DNA of 64,000 nucleotides from a virus (taxonomy: Duplodnaviria; Caudoviricetes), in IMG/VR virus record IMGVR_UViG_3300026258_000271, positions 64,001 through 128,000 of that record, one strand, 5' to 3'. How positions within the stretch are numbered: the stretch's first letter is position 1; the number at the start of each line of letters is the position of its first letter. The notes beneath the pieces are model-generated. The model worked only from the letters and a program-made list of their open reading frames with translations, had not been told where the DNA came from and ran no database searches. This document shows positions 20,942-31,749 of this stretch, piece by piece. The position numbers and the translations under genes are program-made.

Positions 20942-23376
20942 TAATTCAATCTCCTAAATGTCACATCAACCTTGCTGTAATCTACAGCGTAGTATCCTGT
21001 GTCTGTTAAGTGCCGTGCCCATGGCACTTCCTGTGCCATAACTCCCATGTACCTGCCCGGCAACTGCTTGTATTTAAACGAATAGACATTGACACCCGCG
21101 GGTGACTGTCCTATGAGTCTTATGTCTTCCTTTAGCCTCATGTCGCTGAACTTGAATCCACCACCTGAGAAGAATTTGCCAACCGAACTAGCAATACTGC
21201 CAATTTTTAGTCCAACGTTTGTTCCCACGTTTTGCCAGAAAGATTGTCCTCCCAGTTGGGCATCTCTGGCATTGAACAGACCAGTTTTTGTGGCAAGGCT
21301 CTTGACTTGGCTCATGCCAACAACCTGTCCTCCGATCACACTAGAATATGTCTGCGTGATGCTGTTTAGATTTGCTATCGTTCCTTCGATGTTGCCAGCA
21401 GATAAATCTTTAGTCAATCCTTTCACGTCATTCAAGGATTTATTGGCAAGATTTAATTGGTCCAATCCTGTCTTGCCTAGTGTGAATAATTCTCCCGTGG
21501 AGTTGACAAACACATTGTCTTTGAACAGTTCTGTGCTGGATCCAGTGTATTTCTCTACCACCTGTGAGGCCAACGTTGATGTAAAATCTTTTGTTTTCTT
21601 ATATAGATCTGTGGTCTTCACAAGTTTTACTTTTTCCGATATACTGTCTTTGAGTTCGAACGGTAGGTCTATTCTTTTTGTTATTCCATATATGTCATTG
21701 TATTTTGTTCCAAACTCTGTGAGAAGTTTTTTTGCTTTTGCACCATCTTTGCTGTTTCCCATTTTCTGTTTCAGGTATTCTAGTGCGTCAGCCTGGTACT
21801 GTGCATCACGTATGGCACTGTTCTTGCTGATCCTGTTCTGCATGTTGACAAATTCTGCTGTGCCTGGAGTCCGTGACAGTTTGCTCCATTGCTTTTTATC
21901 GTCCGAATCGATTGGTATCAATCCATCACTGCCTATCACACTGGCCCTGAACATAGGTTCGTGCGTGACAAGTCTATGAACAGTCGTCTTGGTATCCCTG
22001 GTGAATTTTTCTAGCGGCTTGATTCCTTTCTGTGTGAGTTCAACATCTCCTTCATCTCGCAACTGCATTCCTACTTTGTCTTTGGTCAACCAACTTGGTC
22101 CCCATGCACTGCTTGGCGCTGTTGAATTGAAGTGGACCTGTGCACCTGCCAAATGTATCTGTCCTCCTGCACCGTGCAGTTGTGTTCCACTTGTGAATGA
22201 TGTTATGCCATCCCTGGCGTAATCCCTTATGGATCCTTTCTGTGAACTGTTGAGTATTCCTTTGTCACCTATGTTGAGCATTGTGTCTGCGGAATGTATC
22301 ATCTCGTTAGCCGAACTGACTCTCAACTGACCATTGGCATGGATGTTCACGTTTGAATCGGAGTGCAAATTGAAGTCTCCCTCGGTCCTCATGTTGATTC
22401 CACCTATGCCCGAATACAGATCTATCCTTCCGTTCGACTGCATCTCTATCCAAGCGTTTCCAGACGCATTGGCTATGTATATGGAACCGTCTGTGTCATG
22501 CATCAATATCTGGTGCCCGGATGCGGTACGCAATCTCGTCAGTTGGTTGTTGCCTCTGATGTCACCGTCATCCATTACAAAACTGTGCCCTGGAACCCTG
22601 TCCGGACGTACGGATGATCCTTCCAATCCATAGTTTATTGACCGGGAGTCCGGTCTCACTCTACCCGGTGTGCTGATACCAAAAACTTGGCTGGGGGTCT
22701 CCCTACGTGCCGAGGATGTTGTGGTTCCCCTCACGTTGTCTGATATAAGTCCCTGCTCCAACAGTTGCTCGGCCAGTATGTCATTGACCGGGTACTTCCA
22801 TTTATCCATTGTCTCAAGTGTTTCACCGTCTGCATACATCCTCATGTTTTTCTCTCCGGCCGGTACAAAATCCGTGCCGTATATTTCTTTTTTGGTTTGA
22901 GAGAAATCCACTCCGCCTGCACCTACCCTAGAATCTTGTGTGGCACCATGCCCTGGTATCTGTTGATTCACTAAAGGTTTCTGCACACAGCCTATCCAGA
23001 ATGCCGAACTGGCACCCCTCTCGCCTTTGGCAAATATAACCAATACCTCTGTGTCTATGTCGGGTGGCACCGCCCACATACCATAACTGTGCTGTGTCTC
23101 CTTGTAATCATAGGGATCAGTTTTTGAAACTGCTTCTATGCTCTTGGCACCGTAGAACGGTGACAGGTACTGACACCAGATCACCTGATTGGCAGTTGGC
23201 TTGGTGGTGTTTGTGAGGGCGGGTATGTTCACTCCCAGTCTACCCATCTTCAATGGATCGATCGCGTATTTCACTGTGCCCACGTACGGACCACTGTCGG
23301 TGTCCTGAAATTTCTTGTTGAAGTCCTTCTGGTTGTCGTGTGTGTCTGTGAATCCTGATGAATAATTGTATGTCAT
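20941..23376 (-). CDS. gp5: Baseplate hub/spike protein (gp5/VgrG-like) with C-terminal peptidase S74-type chaperone domain
   Basis: N-terminal OB fold (DPLKMGRLGV..YGMWAVPPDIDTEVLVIF), GHSFVMDD..RLRTASGHQILMHD, beta-helix repeats; C-terminal SDMRLKEDI..YSFKY..GVMAQEV. Confidence 0.8.
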   Translation of the reverse strand: MTYNYSSGFTDTHDNQKDFNKKFQDTDSGPYVGTVKYAIDPLKMGRLGVNIPALTNTTKPTANQVIWCQYLSPFYGAKSIEAVSKTDPYDYKETQHSYGMWAVPPDIDTEVLVIFAKGERGASSAFWIGCVQKPLVNQQIPGHGATQDSRVGAGGVDFSQTKKEIYGTDFVPAGEKNMRMYADGETLETMDKWKYPVNDILAEQLLEQGLISDNVRGTTTSSARRETPSQVFGISTPGRVRPDSRSINYGLEGSSVRPDRVPGHSFVMDDGDIRGNNQLTRLRTASGHQILMHDTDGSIYIANASGNAWIEMQSNGRIDLYSGIGGINMRTEGDFNLHSDSNVNIHANGQLRVSSANEMIHSADTMLNIGDKGILNSSQKGSIRDYARDGITSFTSGTQLHGAGGQIHLAGAQVHFNSTAPSSAWGPSWLTKDKVGMQLRDEGDVELTQKGIKPLEKFTRDTKTTVHRLVTHEPMFRASVIGSDGLIPIDSDDKKQWSKLSRTPGTAEFVNMQNRISKNSAIRDAQYQADALEYLKQKMGNSKDGAKAKKLLTEFGTKYNDIYGITKRIDLPFELKDSISEKVKLVKTTDLYKKTKDFTSTLASQVVEKYTGSSTELFKDNVFVNSTGELFTLGKTGLDQLNLANKSLNDVKGLTKDLSAGNIEGTIANLNSITQTYSSVIGGQVVGMSQVKSLATKTGLFNARDAQLGGQSFWQNVGTNVGLKIGSIASSVGKFFSGGGFKFSDMRLKEDIRLIGQSPAGVNVYSFKYKQLPGRYMGVMAQEVPWARHLTDTGYYAVDYSKVDVTFRRLN

Positions 23377-23388
23377 ATTTTATTAAAT

Positions 23389-25752
23389 TTATATAGTAGG
23401 TATTCCTAAGTCCTTGTAATCTTTTATGTTATTCCATCTTTCGTTTTTCCGTTTTTCCTTCTCGGCATCCTTTAAAATGTTGTCAATACTCTGGTTGGAG
23501 AACTGCACCATCTCTGGATCTATTCCTGCACCCTGTTGGTTGTTGAATCTACTACAGAACAGAGTCTGTTCGAATGTCCCCTGATTGAACGAGCTCTCTA
23601 TCTTGTTGACCTGATACAGTCCATTGAAAAATATGTTCTCGTCACGATATTTTGCTTTGTTGGTAAATGTTGTGCCTTCCAGTTCGTCTATGTCATCGGG
23701 AATCCTGTAATTTATGTTTATAATAGGCACGTACTGATCTGCGTTGAAGTTCTCGTTGTCGTAATCGTATGGTCCTTCACCACCAAACTTGGTGCTATTT
23801 CTCAAATTCTTTATAGGCATGTATGTGTCCTGGCACAGGTATGCGGGATCTCCCAGTATCTGCAATTCGATCTTGGCCATGTCAGCCACCGGATTGGTGA
23901 GATAGTCGTAGAACTCCTGTGGCTTCTTGGACTTTTCATCGCCCTTGAGTAGGCTCCTACCTCGCAGAGATGATGGGTAAGTCCGCAACGGCATCAGTTC
24001 CTCTGGGTAGTCTTCCCTTCCGATCGCTCCCTTACGCTTGGTGGCGTCGAATGTGATCTGTCCTGTGTTGGCTTCATCATCTCCCCTTACATTCCTCATG
24101 TAGTACGCTGTTTTGTAGTACATTCTCAAATTACGTACATCTATGTTGTCTCCTGTGTATATGTAATTGTATTCCTTATGAACCCTAGAACTCCAATCTA
24201 TCTTGCCTATGGATATTCCCGGTTTCAGGAATTTTGCCACGTGTAACTTGACCTGCACCGCTTGGTATATGATTTTCTTTGGATGCATTTTCGTGATCTT
24301 GTCAAAACGCTTGGTGTCTGTTCTCACACTGGTCTTGATTTTGAACCAATTCACGAATTGATTCTTGTCCACTATCGCTTGAATCTGCTTGCCATCCTTC
24401 TTTGTGAATAGTTCGGCCACTTTAACAGGATCTTTCAGCGTGGCATCATCCACTTGTCCTGTTCCCTTGAGATATGCCGTCCAGAAATTCTCCGCAAGGT
24501 CCTGGTATCCCGTGCCGGCCCTGATGGCGTCCTCGAAAAATTTCACCAGAGATATCTGCATGTCTGCACTGCCTTCGATCTTTTTGACTTTTGGATTGCC
24601 GGTCTCAACTGAATCGTTGGTTCCCACAGAATCCGTCCCTAATTTTATTTCTGTGTCAATTTCCTGGCCGTACCTGTTTGTGAATTTTAAGGTCTCACCC
24701 ACACTGCCGGTCAGGTTGGTCTTTTGTTGGCCACGATAGGTGAGTCCTGCCTCCCTCACCTCGTCTGTGATGTCAAACACATATTCATCCGCATACTGCC
24801 TCTGTCCTTCTTTGATCTCATCCGTCATCTGTTGTTTCAGCACACTTTGTACATTTGCTACCCATTCGTCGATGTCTTTTGCGAACACGGGCACCAGTGT
24901 TCTGGAAAACTTGAATCTGTCATCGTAGGCCAATTCTGGATAAGGCGTGGCGACCATGGAATACTTTGTTCCGGATTGATCCACGTCAAATTCCACCCTG
25001 GATATAAGCACAGGTATCTTCCGCACGTGTCCTGGCTGTGAGGCAACCGGTTTGCCATGCTCGTCGAACCCCTTGAAATCTATGGTCAACAGCAAAGGTG
25101 CGTCCTGGTAATCCTTGTACCCGTTCAGTGCCGTGGTCGCCCTGACCTTTTCTATGAAAGAACAACCATATGGTTCATGTATCTCAAACTCCATCTTTGT
25201 GAACTGTCCCAGGCCACGTTCCGTGTTTGGTCCTGCCGTGGACACTATGTTCACGTTTTCTATGAATATGTCATGTCCCCTCAGCAAAATCCTGATGCTG
25301 TCGTTGTACTCTTCATCAAATGCCTTTTGCCTCTGTATTGTAGTTGCATCATACTCTGGATCCTGACCGCCAGTGTCTTTCACTTCGGTGGTTCCACTAA
25401 AATTAGCATCTCCAATTCCGCCAGTCCTCGCTATAATATCATGCGGAGGATTTTTTAGATATTTGTGTGTGTTGAGTTCCTCTTCATTTATTCCACTCAG
25501 CGTGAATATATAGTTGTAGGTTGCATACCTGTGCAACACGTTTGGTCTGATGTTGGAATCTTTTTCACCTGACTTGTTGGCGTTGTTATCTTCGTAATCA
25601 TTAAGGTTGGTGGCCTTGATGAAACTAGTCTCGAGCCCTTTGTAGTCGTTGTTGTCGACACGTCCTATAGTATTTTTGTTGTTTTTGAATGCGGCATCAA
25701 CCAATTGTTTAGGTGGCATTCTAGATGTTCTTCCTTTTACAACTTTAGCCAT
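23389..25752 (-). CDS. Baseplate hub protein (gp27-like)
   Basis: NVLHRYATYNYIFTL, IELQILGDP, GLYQVNKIESSFNQGTFEQTL; lies between gp53 and gp5. Confidence 0.6.
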   Translation of the reverse strand: MAKVVKGRTSRMPPKQLVDAAFKNNKNTIGRVDNNDYKGLETSFIKATNLNDYEDNNANKSGEKDSNIRPNVLHRYATYNYIFTLSGINEEELNTHKYLKNPPHDIIARTGGIGDANFSGTTEVKDTGGQDPEYDATTIQRQKAFDEEYNDSIRILLRGHDIFIENVNIVSTAGPNTERGLGQFTKMEFEIHEPYGCSFIEKVRATTALNGYKDYQDAPLLLTIDFKGFDEHGKPVASQPGHVRKIPVLISRVEFDVDQSGTKYSMVATPYPELAYDDRFKFSRTLVPVFAKDIDEWVANVQSVLKQQMTDEIKEGQRQYADEYVFDITDEVREAGLTYRGQQKTNLTGSVGETLKFTNRYGQEIDTEIKLGTDSVGTNDSVETGNPKVKKIEGSADMQISLVKFFEDAIRAGTGYQDLAENFWTAYLKGTGQVDDATLKDPVKVAELFTKKDGKQIQAIVDKNQFVNWFKIKTSVRTDTKRFDKITKMHPKKIIYQAVQVKLHVAKFLKPGISIGKIDWSSRVHKEYNYIYTGDNIDVRNLRMYYKTAYYMRNVRGDDEANTGQITFDATKRKGAIGREDYPEELMPLRTYPSSLRGRSLLKGDEKSKKPQEFYDYLTNPVADMAKIELQILGDPAYLCQDTYMPIKNLRNSTKFGGEGPYDYDNENFNADQYVPIININYRIPDDIDELEGTTFTNKAKYRDENIFFNGLYQVNKIESSFNQGTFEQTLFCSRFNNQQGAGIDPEMVQFSNQSIDNILKDAEKEKRKNERWNNIKDYKDLGIPTI

Positions 25753-25753
25753 A

Positions 25754-26053
25754 CTACACTCCTAAATCTTTAGAAACATTTGCTGGCTTTGGTAACTGTA
25801 TGGTCACTCCTGGTTTGAAGTCATATATGGGGTCTTCGATCTGATCTGGGTTACGCTGTGCGAACACCCACCAAAGCCTCGGTGAGCCATAAAGGTCAAA
25901 TGCCAACAGGTCGGGCCTGTACGCATATGTTCTTTCAATGGTGTAACTTTGATCGTCTTGTTCTGCTGTCAATGTCCTCGGTACCAGTGTGCCCAGGTTG
26001 ATGGCGTTCTGGGGTGTGTTGAAATATGGTGATGTGGATGAATACTTGGCCAT
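25754..26053 (-). CDS. gp53: Baseplate wedge subunit (gp53/LysM-like)
   Basis: RPDLLAFDLYGSPRLWWVFAQRN motif. Confidence 0.8.
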   Translation of the reverse strand: MAKYSSTSPYFNTPQNAINLGTLVPRTLTAEQDDQSYTIERTYAYRPDLLAFDLYGSPRLWWVFAQRNPDQIEDPIYDFKPGVTIQLPKPANVSKDLGV

Positions 26054-26883
26054 TAGATGAATCCTACCTCGTTGGCTCCTTTGCCGTTCAACTCACCGTT
26101 GACGAATTTCTTCATTGAGAACTCCTTGATTGATTCTCTCGAGTAGACAGGAGTTATCAGTACCGAAATGTTTGACAGGGTTGGTGCCCAAGATTGGTCT
26201 GTTTCCAATGCCGGGAGGCCCAGTAGTTTCTCTCTGGTTCTGGCAGAAGTATAGTCTGATTCATTCTGCCTAGTAGATATGTAGTCTATGCCTGGTCTCA
26301 GTTCAACGTTGAACGAATTTATCACAACAGGTATCTTGTGGAACATGTGATCACCGTAACCAAACAAGTGCATGATCGGTGGTGGATTCCCCTTGAGGTT
26401 GTCTGTGTCCTTTCCGAAAAACATTTTTGTTGCACTACGTAGGAAATTCACTGTGGCTACCCAGTGCTTGGCGTCATCGGAGTTCTGTACTGGAAATTCT
26501 CCAATGATGTTCATCTGGTCGACCTGTGAATTCTGATACGCCTGAGCAGGATAATTGTTATGGGTCACTGCCAGTGGATTGTAGTTTGCAGAATGCTGTA
26601 TCACAACCGCTGGAGTCAATGGCCAAAATATTCCCCTAGATTCGGCCAGGGGTTTCAGTAATTCATTGTTATCGAAATCAAAGAATCCTTCCAGGGGTGA
26701 TCCCTGTGGCACCTGTAATCTCACACGCCAGTCTGTTTTGTCCTGTCTGCCAGACCATTTTGCCTGAGCTCGCGTTAGTCTGAGATCCCTGTTAATACCA
26801 GAACCTGATAGCCTTGCGAGGGTTCGGTTAAAGAATCCTGTCGCTACGTTCTTTACTGCTGTTCCTATTGCTTTTAATGGCAT
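26053..26883 (-). CDS. Baseplate/tail tube initiator (gp48/gp54-like)
   Basis: FLRSATKMFFG..GNPPPIMHLFGYGDHMFHKIPVVINSF, a tube-like fold motif; first gene of the baseplate operon. Confidence 0.6.
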   Translation of the reverse strand: MPLKAIGTAVKNVATGFFNRTLARLSGSGINRDLRLTRAQAKWSGRQDKTDWRVRLQVPQGSPLEGFFDFDNNELLKPLAESRGIFWPLTPAVVIQHSANYNPLAVTHNNYPAQAYQNSQVDQMNIIGEFPVQNSDDAKHWVATVNFLRSATKMFFGKDTDNLKGNPPPIMHLFGYGDHMFHKIPVVINSFNVELRPGIDYISTRQNESDYTSARTREKLLGLPALETDQSWAPTLSNISVLITPVYSRESIKEFSMKKFVNGELNGKGANEVGFI

Positions 26884-27026
26884 CTTTACTGGTTGATTTC
26901 CTTTTCAAAATTTTGTATACTTTAACTATATTTATAGGCATTATTTTAGGCGCACTTAATTACCCACACGGCACGATTTAACAGACCTGTTTGTGGTCAC
27001 TTTTACACTAACAATATTGGAGAAAC

Positions 27027-28007
27027 ATGAAGAGAGTAAAATACCTAAACAACCGAGATCTGCTCATACAGATACACGCCAGCAAGAACACATATTGCTC
27101 ATATGTGAATACAGAGGATTCACAGTACGATATCATAGTGCCAAATCTCAAGAAAATAAATGTGAGGACCATAGCAGAAGCGAAAAAGAACAGGGCCAAG
27201 AGATTGACACAAGAAGCGTGGGAACAGGCCAAAGCGGCAGGAATAAAGAAAATAAAACTTGCAGACTACACAGTATCGCCAAGGAAAATTGATAAAACAG
27301 ATCTGGTGTTCAGGGTAATGATGTTTGACCACATACCCATGGACAGCGAAAGAAAAAAGAATCCAAAACAGACAGCAGACCATCACAGCAAAGTGAACTT
27401 TCCGCCATTTCAACACTTCAGGGTTGACAGCAAGAACAAACCCAAATGTGTAGGCAAAAGCCATTGGGTTGGTGGAATGGACAACGGACATTTCTCAGCG
27501 GATCACGGAAAAATGACGAACCAACTGGCATTGATGTACATGAAGTTGTGTGAGAGGTATGGTACCAGAGCAAACTGGAGAGGCTACACGTACAATGACG
27601 AAATGCAATCACAGGCACTGATGCAGTTGAGTCAGATTGGTTTACAGTTTGACGAATCAAAATCGGACAACCCATTTGCATATTACACAGCGGCAATAAC
27701 GAACAGTTTCACAAGAATACTGAACATTGAAAAGAAAAATCAAGCAATAAGGGATGACCTTTTAGAATTCAACAACATGATGCCAAGTTTCACAAGACAG
27801 AACGAGAATGAAACAGGTACAGCCAGTTACAAGAAAAGAATAAAATCTGCACATGGCGAAGGTAAAATTGTTAACAAGACAGGTATAAAAAAATTAAACA
27901 AGATATACAAGAAAAAAGGTACACTCGACTCAGAAGACTTTAAAGAGGTAAACTACAAGAAAGTAGACATGACCGATCACAAACCAATAATTAAAAAGAA
28001 ATGGTAA
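27027..28007 (+). CDS. gp55: Late-transcription sigma factor (gp55-like)
   Basis: YLNNRDLL..NWRGYTYNDEM..FDESKSDNPFAYYT; upstream of gp47/46 as in T4-like phages. Confidence 0.85.
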   Translation: MKRVKYLNNRDLLIQIHASKNTYCSYVNTEDSQYDIIVPNLKKINVRTIAEAKKNRAKRLTQEAWEQAKAAGIKKIKLADYTVSPRKIDKTDLVFRVMMFDHIPMDSERKKNPKQTADHHSKVNFPPFQHFRVDSKNKPKCVGKSHWVGGMDNGHFSADHGKMTNQLALMYMKLCERYGTRANWRGYTYNDEMQSQALMQLSQIGLQFDESKSDNPFAYYTAAITNSFTRILNIEKKNQAIRDDLLEFNNMMPSFTRQNENETGTASYKKRIKSAHGEGKIVNKTGIKKLNKIYKKKGTLDSEDFKEVNYKKVDMTDHKPIIKKKW

Positions 28008-28010
28008 CCT

Positions 28011-29030
28011 ATGTTTTTTAAAAAAGTTGCTTGTTTCACTGACATACACTTTGGAATGAAGGGCAACAGTCGTGTACACAACGACGACTGTGAAGCGTTC
28101 ATTTATTGGTTCATAGAACAAGCCAAAGCACATGGTTGCGAAACCTGTATATTTCTAGGGGATTGGCACCACCACAGAGCAAGTACAAACGTGTCCACAA
28201 TGAACTACACTGTATCAAATATGGAAAGATTAGGTGCGGCATTTGAAAAAGTTTATGTGATAATGGGCAATCACGATTTGTTTTACAGAGAAAAAAGAGA
28301 AATCAACTCAATGGAATTCATAAGAAATATCCCAAACATACATCTTGTCAACGAATGGATAGTGGAAGATGACGTTGCAATCATACCGTGGATAGTTGGA
28401 GATGAATGGAAAAAAATCCAAAAAATGAAACAAAAATATGTGTTCGGACATTTTGAACTTCCATATTTCAAAATGAATGCAATGGTGGAAATGCCTGATG
28501 TAGGAGGAATACAGACAGATCATTTTGCAAACTGCGGACAAGTTTTTTCAGGACACTTCCATAAAAGGCAAGTAATGAAGAATGTCACATACATGGGCAA
28601 CGCATTTCCACACAATTATGCAGATGCTTGGGATGATGATCGAGGCATGATGGTGATAGAAATGGGTGGCAAACCAAAATACATAAACTGGCCAGACATG
28701 CCGAGATATATTACAATCAAAGTTTCCGAACTATTAGAAGATCCTGACAAATATCTCAAGCCAAAAATGTATGTGAGAGTAACCTTAGATATTAAGATTT
28801 CATATGAGGAGGCGAATTTTGTCAGAGAAACATTTATAGAAAAATACCAATTGAGAGAACTACAACTTATACCGGAACAAGTAGACAATGCACAACAACC
28901 AACTGTTGAAGTGCAAAAGTTTGACAGTGTAGATCAAATTGTTATAAAACAATTACAAGGAGTAGATTCTGAAACATATGACAAAAATATATTAACAGCA
29001 ATCTATAATGATTTGGATGTCCAGAATTAG
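28011..29030 (+). CDS. gp47: Recombination endonuclease subunit (Mre11/SbcD-like)
   Basis: Metallophosphoesterase motifs DIHFG, GDWHH, GNHD, GHFE and SGHFH. Confidence 0.92.
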   Translation: MFFKKVACFTDIHFGMKGNSRVHNDDCEAFIYWFIEQAKAHGCETCIFLGDWHHHRASTNVSTMNYTVSNMERLGAAFEKVYVIMGNHDLFYREKREINSMEFIRNIPNIHLVNEWIVEDDVAIIPWIVGDEWKKIQKMKQKYVFGHFELPYFKMNAMVEMPDVGGIQTDHFANCGQVFSGHFHKRQVMKNVTYMGNAFPHNYADAWDDDRGMMVIEMGGKPKYINWPDMPRYITIKVSELLEDPDKYLKPKMYVRVTLDIKISYEEANFVRETFIEKYQLRELQLIPEQVDNAQQPTVEVQKFDSVDQIVIKQLQGVDSETYDKNILTAIYNDLDVQN

Positions 29031-29181
29031 TAAAAAGAAATTGATAAAAGTTTTAAAAGGTGATCTTGAGCAACCTGTCACAAAACAGTCACTCTTGGAT
29101 CAACTTGCAAAACCTGTAACACAGGAAGAATGGCTACGAGGCTACAACGAATGGAAGAAGAAACAACTTGCTAACGATTAA
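29017..29181 (+). CDS. Small hypothetical protein (54 aa) overlapping gp47 and gp46
   Basis: Hand-translated: MSRISKKKLIKVLKGDLEQPVTKQSLLDQLAKPVTQEEWLRGYNEWKKKQLAND. Fills the gap with 14 nt overlaps on each side. Confidence 0.6.
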   Translation: MSRISKKKLIKVLKGDLEQPVTKQSLLDQLAKPVTQEEWLRGYNEWKKKQLAND

Positions 29182-30943
29182 AGAACTTACAGTCAAAAAT
29201 TTCATGAGCGTGGGAAACCAGGCCCAAGCAATAAATTTTGCCAACAAAAATTTAGTATTGGTTATTGGTGAAAATTTAGATCTGGGCGGCGACGATGCAG
29301 GTGCTAGGAATGGTACTGGTAAGACAACAATCATCAATGCACTGTCATATGTGTTCTTTGGCGAAGCACTAACAAATATTAGAAGAGACAATCTTGTCAA
29401 TAAGACCAACGAAAAAGGAATGTTGGTCAGTGTTAAATTTGTAAAAAATAATGTTGAGTACACAATTGAACGTGGAAGGAAACCACAAATATTCAAATTC
29501 TATGCAAACAACATAGAACAAAATGTTGAAAGCAACGAAGCACAAGGTGAGAACAGAGAAACACAGATAGAGATAAACAAGTTGATGGGTATGACCCATG
29601 CAATGTTTAAAAACATAATTGCATTGAACACATACACACAACCATTCTTATCAACTAAAGCAAATGAGCAAAGGGAAATTATTGAGCAGTTGCTTGGTAT
29701 TACTTTGCTTTCACAAAAAGCAGATTTGCTAAAAGAAAAACAAAAAGCAACCAAACAGATGTTGACTGAAGAAAAATTAAAAATAGACGCCAGAGTTGCA
29801 TCTAATGAAAAGATCACAGAATCAATTGAGAGTTTGAAGATAAGATCAAGTGCTTGGCAAACACAGAAAGAAGAAGATTCAAAAAGTTTCGCAGAAGCGA
29901 TAGCAGAATTAGAAAAAGTAGATATAAAAAAAGAACTGGATGCCCACAAACGTCTACAAAAACACAACGAGAATTACATAAAATTATTGAGTTTACAGAA
30001 AGAAAAAGCATATCATGAAGATTCGTTTACCAAAGCAAAAAGCACTGTAGAAAAAACTGAAAGCGATCTGGAGTACGCGGCACAACAAAAATGTCCAACT
30101 TGTGAACAAGAATTAAAGGACGATAAGCACACCCATCTCGTGGACAAACTTAAAGCAACACTAACGGAAGCAAAAGAATACAGTTCAAAACTTGAATCTG
30201 ATCTTGCAAAAATACAACAGGACATAGATACAATAGGTGACCTAGGCCATATGCCAGATACGTATTATGATACCATGGACGAAGCATACAATCACAAAGG
30301 TTCTTTGAAAGACCTCAACAGACAACTAGAGCAAAACGAGAAGAAGCAAGATCCATATGCAGAACAGGTTGAGGAATTAACAAAAACAGCAATACAAAAG
30401 ATTGATTTTGAGAAAGCAAACGAACTGGAGGACCTGCACAGACACCAAGACTTCTTGTACAAATTGTTGACCGCAAAAGACTCGTTCATAAGAACAAGGA
30501 TAATAGAACAGAACTTAACATACCTGAACCAACGTCTAGCATACTTCCTGGGCAAGGTGAAATTGCCACACACTGTAACTTTCCAATCTGACCTGAGTGT
30601 GCGTATTGAAGAACTGGGCCGAGAATTAGACTTTGACAATTTAAGCAGAGGTGAAAGAAACAGATTGATATTGAGTCTGAGTTGGGCGTTCAGAGATGTA
30701 TGGGAAAGCCTTTATCAACAGATCAACTTGCTGTTCATAGACGAACTTGTGGACGCAGGTATGGACATATCAGGTGTTGAAAGTTCTATGGCTGTGCTGA
30801 AAGACATGAGCAGAACGCAACAGAAAAACATATTCTTAATATCACACAAAGACGAACTTATCAGCAGAGTAAACTCAGTCTTAAAAGTTACTAAAGAAAA
30901 CGGCTTTACGAACTACGCAAATGATGTTGATATTGTAATCTAA
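29168..30943 (+). CDS. gp46: Recombination ATPase (Rad50/SbcC-like), TTG start
   Basis: Walker A NGTGKTT, zinc hook CPTC, signature LSRGE, Walker B LLFIDE, ISH. Confidence 0.93.
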   Translation: MLTIKELTVKNFMSVGNQAQAINFANKNLVLVIGENLDLGGDDAGARNGTGKTTIINALSYVFFGEALTNIRRDNLVNKTNEKGMLVSVKFVKNNVEYTIERGRKPQIFKFYANNIEQNVESNEAQGENRETQIEINKLMGMTHAMFKNIIALNTYTQPFLSTKANEQREIIEQLLGITLLSQKADLLKEKQKATKQMLTEEKLKIDARVASNEKITESIESLKIRSSAWQTQKEEDSKSFAEAIAELEKVDIKKELDAHKRLQKHNENYIKLLSLQKEKAYHEDSFTKAKSTVEKTESDLEYAAQQKCPTCEQELKDDKHTHLVDKLKATLTEAKEYSSKLESDLAKIQQDIDTIGDLGHMPDTYYDTMDEAYNHKGSLKDLNRQLEQNEKKQDPYAEQVEELTKTAIQKIDFEKANELEDLHRHQDFLYKLLTAKDSFIRTRIIEQNLTYLNQRLAYFLGKVKLPHTVTFQSDLSVRIEELGRELDFDNLSRGERNRLILSLSWAFRDVWESLYQQINLLFIDELVDAGMDISGVESSMAVLKDMSRTQQKNIFLISHKDELISRVNSVLKVTKENGFTNYANDVDIVI

Positions 30944-31749
30944 TACTGTTCTAGTATTTTCGCCACACCAACATTTTTTCCATCCTGTTTTGCCACATGT
31001 ATAAAATTGGTGCTGTCTAAATTCAATTTGTCACATATCTCGTTATAGTGGTTTATGTGTGTTGCCCATGGATAATCAACGTGAATGTTATCAAAAATGT
31101 AATCTGCACAATTTATTACGTTTTGATTGATCCAGTTGGTGTTATGATTTCTCACAGTAATTGGGTCAATTGTCTTTTGTTTTGAAAGTCTTATGCCAAA
31201 CTTGTTCCATTCAAATCCTGATTTTGTTATACTGAATGCAATACTTTTAATGTTAGGATGAGATATATCTAAACCAAAATTTTTTGTTGCAGTGTACCAA
31301 GCGGCATCTATGTGTATTTCAATATTTTTACTCTCACATGTCTTTGTAAAATCATCCCAATCTGGCCTAGTGTTTCCAAAATTGTAATTAGGCAAAGATA
31401 CCAAAACAATGCTGTTAGGCTGTAACTGATCAATAGGGGTACCTTTCATTCCAAAAAGCGAATAATAGGAGTACTCGTTTTCAAGAACTTGGTATGTTTT
31501 TTCCCTGGAAATAAAATTGTTTATAAAATCTGTGCAACCGTAAGTCAAATCTGTTTTGAGATCTTGGGTGTTTGTAACTGTGTTCAGTTTACTATCTAAA
31601 AACCATTCCTTTGCTTTGTTCTTGATCTCTCCTGCAGAAACTATTTTGCTGTTCACTGAGTTGAACCAATCACTTTTAATTTGTGTAATTTTTTTGTCAT
31701 TGAAATGAAAAAGTTTTTCTGTAAGTGATTCTTTACGAATATCTGGCAT
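30940..31749 (-). CDS. PLP-dependent transferase-fold protein
   Basis: IHIDAAW and AFSITK (putative Schiff-base Lys). Start taken at MPDIRK; the ORF track starts at 31767. Confidence 0.55.
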   Translation of the reverse strand: MPDIRKESLTEKLFHFNDKKITQIKSDWFNSVNSKIVSAGEIKNKAKEWFLDSKLNTVTNTQDLKTDLTYGCTDFINNFISREKTYQVLENEYSYYSLFGMKGTPIDQLQPNSIVLVSLPNYNFGNTRPDWDDFTKTCESKNIEIHIDAAWYTATKNFGLDISHPNIKSIAFSITKSGFEWNKFGIRLSKQKTIDPITVRNHNTNWINQNVINCADYIFDNIHVDYPWATHINHYNEICDKLNLDSTNFIHVAKQDGKNVGVAKILEQY

